A DNA stretch of 64,000 nt from NCBI GenBank assembly GCA_963716395.1, contig OY970309.1, positions 1,600,001 through 1,664,000 of the forward strand, read 5' to 3'. The notes under the pieces are model-generated. The model was given only the letters and a program-made list of their open reading frames with translations, ran no database searches and had not been told where the DNA came from. Source of the DNA: an uncultured Fibrobacteria bacterium (GTDB lineage Bacteria; Fibrobacterota; Fibrobacteria; UBA11236). A program made the translations under genes and the position numbers. Positions 58,771-64,000 of this stretch are shown piece by piece (within the stretch, counting starts at the first letter, position 1; each line of letters starts with the position of its first letter).

Positions 58771-58995
58771 TTACGGTATTGGGTCAGGCTTATTTTCAGC
58801 CAGATCTTTACGCAACTTCTGCCGTTTTTGGCTTTGACTCGAGCAAAAGCTTTCCCCGCTCATTTCCAGGATATGCACTTGTTGAGTAGGCTTATCCAGC
58901 AACGCGCCGGTTAACCGCTCCGAGCCGAATACCTCGGTCTACTCATCGAACGGGAGATTCAAAGTCACCAAGACAGAACCCCGTTCATGTCGTTG
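58771..58995 (-). pseudogene. istB: IS21-family helper ATPase IstB C-terminal remnant
   Basis: Manual translation [49 protein letters not shown]; the in-frame TAG at 58939-58941 replaces a conserved Trp. Confidence 0.88.
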
Positions 58996-59004
58996 ATTTT
59001 GAAA

Positions 59005-59480
59005 ATCCGAGTGGAGGAGCGAAAAAGAAGTCGAAGGTGGGTGCAGGGAAATACATACCCTGGAACGAATTGTTAAAACGCGCCTTCGGCAGCGAAATCG
59101 TCTGCCCCAATCGCGGAGGCAGGATCCGGTGGATAGCCCTGGTCGCGACGGAATGGTCGATTCAGTCTACCCCGGCGGCGATGGAATTGCCGACCGGTCC
59201 ACCGAAGAATTTCGTCACTCGAAAAGCGGCCGTTGCGGATAAGGGAGCGGAGTGGGACGAGGGCGGTGAATCCCGGGATGGGGAGAACTGAAATGGTAGC
59301 GACCTTGCGGGGGAGGAGTGGGGCACGTCCAGGGGGGAATGGGGCGTGAAATTTGAGGGAACAAAAGTTGGAATTGGAATGGAAAAGCGGGGATAAGCCT
59401 CGAATTGGGGAATGAGAGGACGGAACCTTGGGATGCAGTGCGGGGATTCCGGATTGAATAAAGCCTTCGATTTACCTACG
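59005..59480 (+). mobile_element. IS91/ISCR-like rolling-circle transposase C-terminal remnant plus 3' non-coding end
   Basis: YIPWNELLKRAFGSEIVCPNRGGRIRWIAL...MELPTGPP matches the degenerate CPxCGG C-terminus of this family; oriIS-like GCCTTCGATTTACCTACG at 59463-59480. Confidence 0.7.
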
Positions 59481-59548
59481 TCAAGCCGCGGTCGAATTCG
59501 CCTCAAGTGTGCCTAACGTTTTCCGGAGCAGGGGTATGGAATGAGCGC

Positions 59549-60325
59549 ATGCAGCTTAAGAACACTTGGATATTTTGTGCAGTTGCGAGAACAAGCATGG
59601 GCATAACGCATCTGCGTGCAAGTGCAGGGCTGATCGTTTCGCAAATAGCCGCAGGCGCAATGGCCGCGTATGCAAAAGTCATTCACCACACCGCTTCGCT
59701 CGAGATCGAGGGGTTGCAGGATGTGGAGAGTGCTCTCGATAGTCGTCGTCCGGTGCTGTTTGCAGCTTGGCACGGCCAAACACATCTGTTGTACACCGCG
59801 TTTCGACGACATATCGATTTGAAAAAATTCACTATGGTTCTCACCCAGGACGCACGCAAAACAATGCTGAATAGTTTTGCGAAGAAACTTGGAGTTGAGT
59901 CGATATCTTTGAACATGTACAACAATCACTCGGTGGCATTACGCCCACTCGTGCGATTGATGGCAAACATCGAATCCGGCGGGTATCCGTTCATTTTCCC
60001 CGACGGGCCAGATGGACCCGCTCGAATTGCCAAACCCGGTGTTGTATTCCTGGCCATGCGTACGCGAGCCCTGATCGTTCCAGTTGCTTCCGCCGCGCGA
60101 TACGCCAGGCACCTCCCCCGTTGGGACCGTTATTGCATGCCGCTTCCATTCGATTCAATCTCGACCGTATTTCGCCCAGCAATTGACTCGACCGGGGTTC
60201 TTTCGCGCGAAGGACTTCTGGAGGAATTGACCAAAGAACTCAACCATGCCAATGACCATGCCGAGCGCGCCGCGTTCGCACCTGGCATGAAGTCGACCCA
60301 ATTGGCTCTTGAACGTTTGAAGTAG
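59549..60325 (+). CDS. Lysophospholipid acyltransferase-like protein (DUF374/COG2121)
   Basis: LFAAWHGQ, FPDGPDGPARIAKPGVVFLA and WDRYCMPLPF; start uncertain (59507, 59549 or 59597); lower GC. Confidence 0.8.
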   Translation: MQLKNTWIFCAVARTSMGITHLRASAGLIVSQIAAGAMAAYAKVIHHTASLEIEGLQDVESALDSRRPVLFAAWHGQTHLLYTAFRRHIDLKKFTMVLTQDARKTMLNSFAKKLGVESISLNMYNNHSVALRPLVRLMANIESGGYPFIFPDGPDGPARIAKPGVVFLAMRTRALIVPVASAARYARHLPRWDRYCMPLPFDSISTVFRPAIDSTGVLSREGLLEELTKELNHANDHAERAAFAPGMKSTQLALERLK

Positions 60326-60664
60326 CGCGAGCTGCGATCGCACAAGGCCACGTCATCACCGTTCTTCCGGCCCCCACTACTACGGGGTAGTCGCTTTCAC
60401 AATCCTTGGTTGCATGAGGTGAAGCGCAACCTTGCGAATGTCTTGGGCTGGAAGATTGCGTGATCCGCTTGTGCCGGAGTCCCGACCAAAAACATGGCGG
60501 TCAACTTATTGGGCGGTGGGCCGACCAGCATCACCCTCAGGGATTCCATGAGTTTGGGGAGCGGTAATTTTTTAAGCGAAGCGAAACGCATACAGGAATC
60601 GTCGAACGCCAATCCGGCCTTGGTCAAGGCCCTTTCCCCCATGGCTTGCGTCCATGTCCGAGGG

Positions 60665-60980
60665 TCAGCACATCCCGCGCGCCCCCCTTTGGCCGATGCG
60701 CGTTTGCATTTACTGGAAGACGGCAGCGTGACGGTGGAGTTCAAGCGTCCTTGGTCCGATGGGATGCGCACTATCGGTTTGCAACCCAAAGCAATGTTTT
60801 CCCGTATGGAGGCCTTGGCTCCTCCCCATGGTGAAGAAGGAACGGACGATTCAGTCTATTCTGGCGGCGAGGAAATTGGCGACCGGCCCACCGAAGAGCG
60901 TCGCCACCCGAATAGCGACCGTTGCGGATAAGGAAGCGGAGTGGGACGGGGGCGGCGAATCCCGGGATTTCTGGCCCTAA
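60665..60980 (+). pseudogene. Second IS91/ISCR-like transposase remnant with internal deletion and frameshift
   Basis: RPPLADARLHLLEDGSVTVEFKRPWSDG...RMEALAPPH, then IQSILAARKLATGPP in another frame; 60847-60968 repeats 59158-59279 (17 mismatches in 122 bp). Confidence 0.8.
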
Positions 60981-60981
60981 G

Positions 60982-62766
60982 TTATTTGATCAGCATTTGA
61001 GGCTGCGCCGATTGATCCGCGCGATCAGGCTTCATGATGTTGACGGAACTTGCGATCCCAACTTTGGGGTATCCGGACTTCCGGGGATGGGAGTATCCAA
61101 TCATCCTGCCATCCAGTCCATAAATCGCCCCTGACTGACTGCTACTGGAAAGCATTTGGTGGGACGCCTGGATAGGCCTCAATAGGCCAACTGTGGCGCC
61201 GTATTCGTTGGCACCAATGTCTGCTGTACCGTAGTACAATGACCGTCCCCAAAAATCCAGGCCTCCGTTGCCCGCGATTGATTCACCGGCGTTGATGCAT
61301 GGGGACGTGGATTGAAGTTTGTATCCGTCTAAGCTACCCAAGGCCCATCCGGAAGTGGAACCGCTTCCCCCGGCTCCTGGTTCGACAAATTGGGGGTTTG
61401 ATGTTTTGCCATGTGTGTCTCCGGAAGCCGCCGTTACACCATAATAAAGATTGTAGTTGTAGGTGCTTTTTGCGCCGACAAGCACTGCGGGTCCGCTTGC
61501 AGCCGCATAGAAGATGTTGTTATTAAACACATAGGTTCCGAGATTTAGCGTCGCTGTACCCCCAGATGAGTTGACCAACGAACCGGATGTTTTATCAGTA
61601 TAAAGCACATTGTTGTAAGCTTGAGCGGTGGCAGCAGGGTCCGAATGTAGATTAAAGGTGTTCCGGCTGTTGTTCTGCAAAATATTATATCTCGCTATGG
61701 CATTGCCGAATAAGAATTGGCAAAACAATATTCCGTCGCCGTTGTCGTGAATATAGTTGTATTGGAAAACGATCCTCGTGGTGCCCTTATCGGCATCGAT
61801 TCCATTGAAGTCGGCGCTGTTGCAACGTTGGACCGTACCATACATTTCATTGTACTGGACCGCGATGCTATCCGTGTAGTACAACTCCACAGCGCTGACG
61901 CCGGAATGGGCACACACATTGTTCTGAATCACTCCGCCCCGGACATTGGTGACGTAGATCGTGTTGCAACCATGATCCGTATTGTACTGGCTCAAATAGT
62001 TGTTCTGAATGAGCAAATTGGTGTGGGGATACCATTTGGTGTCCGAGGCGGAACTTCTTGCCCCCCAACCTACAGACCCCTGCCATTGCTTGATGCAAAT
62101 ATCCCCGAACGAGCAGTCACTGATCACATTGTTTTCGATTCGTATGTCATTGAAATTGGTTTTCACTAAGGTTGCCGTGGTGACATCGAATACAATTCCT
62201 CCGCTGTGCTTGGATCCATCCCATCCCGCGCTATCAATGATGCCAGCCGCACCGTTTGAATTGCTATTTCCGATCCAAGCCACGACGCCGTGGACATCGT
62301 GGATGTAACAATTCCTGATATAGATATGATTTATCGTGCCGAAATCTTTTCCATTTATCGAAATGCCATGATAATCTCCCCATGAACTTGTTTCGTTTGT
62401 GACTTCAAGATTGTTGATCTCCCAGTAGGGCTGATTCAGTAAATAGACGGCGCTGGGGGAACCCTTCGCGGAGATGATCGGTTTGGGACCTGTTCCGTAC
62501 ATGTCAATGACAATAGGGCTATCGCTTGTCCCACTCCCTTTTGGATAGAGTTCTCCTGTCCAACTGCATCCGGATTTAAATAAGATCTGGCTTCCAGGAC
62601 CGAACGTCGTTGCATTCACTTTCGTCAAGGTTTTCCAGGCGGTATTTGTGGTTAGACCATTGTTGGTGTCGTTTCCAGTTGTTGAATCCACATAATAGGC
62701 AGTTCCTGCAGACAGCGATGGCAAGGTGCAGAACAGGAGGAGCAGCCAAGTCGTTCTCGGCAACAT
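60982..62766 (-). CDS. Secreted right-handed parallel beta-helix (pectin lyase-fold) protein
   Basis: Signal peptide then TAYYVDS...GNDTNNG...AWKTL; Asn-ladder repeats (IQNNY, VQYNE, FQYNYIHDN); YKLQSTSPCINAG...DIGANEY; tail IYGLDGRMIG. Confidence 0.88.
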   Translation of the reverse strand: MLPRTTWLLLLFCTLPSLSAGTAYYVDSTTGNDTNNGLTTNTAWKTLTKVNATTFGPGSQILFKSGCSWTGELYPKGSGTSDSPIVIDMYGTGPKPIISAKGSPSAVYLLNQPYWEINNLEVTNETSSWGDYHGISINGKDFGTINHIYIRNCYIHDVHGVVAWIGNSNSNGAAGIIDSAGWDGSKHSGGIVFDVTTATLVKTNFNDIRIENNVISDCSFGDICIKQWQGSVGWGARSSASDTKWYPHTNLLIQNNYLSQYNTDHGCNTIYVTNVRGGVIQNNVCAHSGVSAVELYYTDSIAVQYNEMYGTVQRCNSADFNGIDADKGTTRIVFQYNYIHDNGDGILFCQFLFGNAIARYNILQNNSRNTFNLHSDPAATAQAYNNVLYTDKTSGSLVNSSGGTATLNLGTYVFNNNIFYAAASGPAVLVGAKSTYNYNLYYGVTAASGDTHGKTSNPQFVEPGAGGSGSTSGWALGSLDGYKLQSTSPCINAGESIAGNGGLDFWGRSLYYGTADIGANEYGATVGLLRPIQASHQMLSSSSQSGAIYGLDGRMIGYSHPRKSGYPKVGIASSVNIMKPDRADQSAQPQMLIK

Positions 62767-63045
62767 TCGAAAATGAACGTGTCCGCAGAGTCGGCTAGGT
62801 TGGAACCGGAAGGAATAGGATATGCCCGCCATTCTGACAACATAAATGAAAATATCACCCACTACTTCACGTCTCCAGGACCGGCCTGCAATTCCTACGA
62901 AAAGTGTTGAATCCCGGGGCCAAAAATCAACCTGAAGCGGCGCTTTCCACAAGGGGGTGCGGGATCCTCCGGGAGATCGTTCAGGATGGTTCCACCCTCC
63001 GTCAGAATGCCTCCAATTGGGAACGACGGAAACACAACGCCGACC

Positions 63046-63219
63046 AGGCCACCCCGGACGCGCACCGCAATGCCATCAAATCTGCGGTGGTGCTCGAAGT
63101 CGAGAACGGCAAGTACGTGTACAAGGAAACTATCGCGCCTTGAAACCAACTGAGCGCGGGTGATATTAAGCCGAGGCCCTAAGGCCCCGGAGCCACCGGC
63201 GGATCTTTGGGGAATTGCG
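63046..63219 (+). repeat. Direct repeat copy 2 (orphan livJ 3' fragment + end of the intact Imm72-like gene)
   Basis: Encodes DAHRNAIKSAVVLEVENGKYVYKETIAP*, identical to the C-terminus of 57528-58667. Confidence 0.95.
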
Positions 63220-64000
63220 TGTAGTCGTCGAGCAAATATTCCTGCTCTTCCAAAGGAATTTTCCCATCACGATAGCGTGTGTCTTCCCACACCAATTCCC
63301 AGGTGCAGGGGAATTCACCGGGTTCAAAATCGCTGCTGGCAATTCTGGAGGAACCGGGAATGTTACTGTCGGTTTCAATCTCATCAATGCGGGTCATCGC
63401 CAACCTGGCCGTAGGTGCTTTTCTTCCGCGCAGGAAATAATTGGGGCAACCGCCTTTGAGTTTACGCGGAATCCAAATGCCGCTTCTGGGAACGTCGTCT
63501 CTGGAAACGACAGTGATTCCTGTGGACAATGGAAAGCCGCCAATTTGTTTTGGAAAACGATACTTGTTCACATCAAACAATGGGTAGCTTAGTTTTCCAC
63601 TTGAGGGACTTTTTACTCTCATACTCATTTGAACGGCATTTTCCATCCAACACCAAAGTCCTATTGAAGGAGGATCGTTTGGCTCCCTAAAGTCTCCTCT
63701 TTTACCAAGGGGCCGGTATTCCATGTCGCTTCCAAAACGTCCGAAATAAAAGAGATTCTGAAACCGAATTCCTTCCCAAATTAAAGGGAGACCGGCTGCA
63801 TCTCCCTTTTGAATTCTCGTCAAACCATTTTCCAAATTGTTTAAGCAACCACATCCGCCTGACAACGCATCCAAGTATGCACCGGGCTCAGTTCGCTTTG
63901 CAACAAAGGCTTTGAACCCAGGAAGAAAGGCTTTCAGCATTTCTGTCATGCGGCCAATATAGGTAACTGAAGTGTTACGGCACAAAAGCCAAAAGGTTCT
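63179..64000 (-). CDS. Imm71/Imm72-like polymorphic-toxin immunity protein, 5'-truncated by the window edge
   Basis: Frame open to the edge (RTFWLLCRNTSVTY); VPRSGIWIP...GCPNYF...AP and C-terminal WELVWEDTRYRDGKIPLEEQEY are characteristic of Imm72. Confidence 0.75.
   Translation of the reverse strand, partial: RTFWLLCRNTSVTYIGRMTEMLKAFLPGFKAFVAKRTEPGAYLDALSGGCGCLNNLENGLTRIQKGDAAGLPLIWEGIRFQNLFYFGRFGSDMEYRPLGKRGDFREPNDPPSIGLWCWMENAVQMSMRVKSPSSGKLSYPLFDVNKYRFPKQIGGFPLSTGITVVSRDDVPRSGIWIPRKLKGGCPNYFLRGRKAPTARLAMTRIDEIETDSNIPGSSRIASSDFEPGEFPCTWELVWEDTRYRDGKIPLEEQEYLLDDYTQFPKDPPVAPGP

Noticed and set aside
60397-60789. 130-aa minus-strand ORF in the accessory patch
   Set aside because: It partly overlaps the IS91-like remnant in antisense and has no recognisable motif; probably a fragment or spurious.
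62883-62898. Second oriIS-like sequence (GGCCTGCAATTCCTAC)
   Set aside because: Short, weak match with no transposase remnant immediately upstream.
58570-63219. DGR template/variable repeat pair, or an IS target-site duplication
   Set aside because: The mismatches are not adenine-specific, no reverse transcriptase is in view, and 174 bp is far too long for a TSD.
1-64000. tRNA, rRNA, tmRNA, integrase or anti-phage defence genes
   Set aside because: None recognised by eye; tRNAscan-SE, Infernal and DefenseFinder would be needed to exclude them.

Overview
High-GC bacterial chromosome segment. It is probably from an FCB-superphylum organism, possibly Fibrobacterota; this is an inference from gene families and '[11 protein letters not shown]' C-terminal tails. 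Positions 1-58.7 kb are mostly core genes on the minus strand. They include an MMPL transporter (partial), rph, pheA, NlpC/P60, gatA, HtrA, truA, a flagellar block (FliK-like, flgJ-flgN-flgK-flgL behind a sigma-54 site, fliN, HDOD, PilZ), pilMNOPQ, dapA, an accA-Trm112-TPR/repeat protein-accB-pilT-accC run, a six-gene glycosylation locus headed by a TMEM260/DUF2723 homologue, nusB and rib genes, a large S8 protease, a radical SAM gene with rsmE, pgi and a LivJ-like lipoprotein. Positions 58.7-64 kb are a lower-GC accessory patch. It holds IS21 and IS91/ISCR remnants, an acyltransferase and a beta-helix protein between two copies of a 174-bp diverged direct repeat, followed by an Imm71/Imm72-like immunity gene. 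Best leads: (1) a candidate bacterial protein O-mannosylation system, with exported proteins in the same window enriched in D-[ST]-hydrophobic sequons; (2) an acidic TPR protein with ten copies of a VxGxD(I/V)xxRLxx(I/V/L/M)F-like motif, beside a pilT paralogue inside the acc genes; (3) the synonymous-biased livJ/Imm72 junction duplication. All family calls come from motif recognition by eye; no database search was run.
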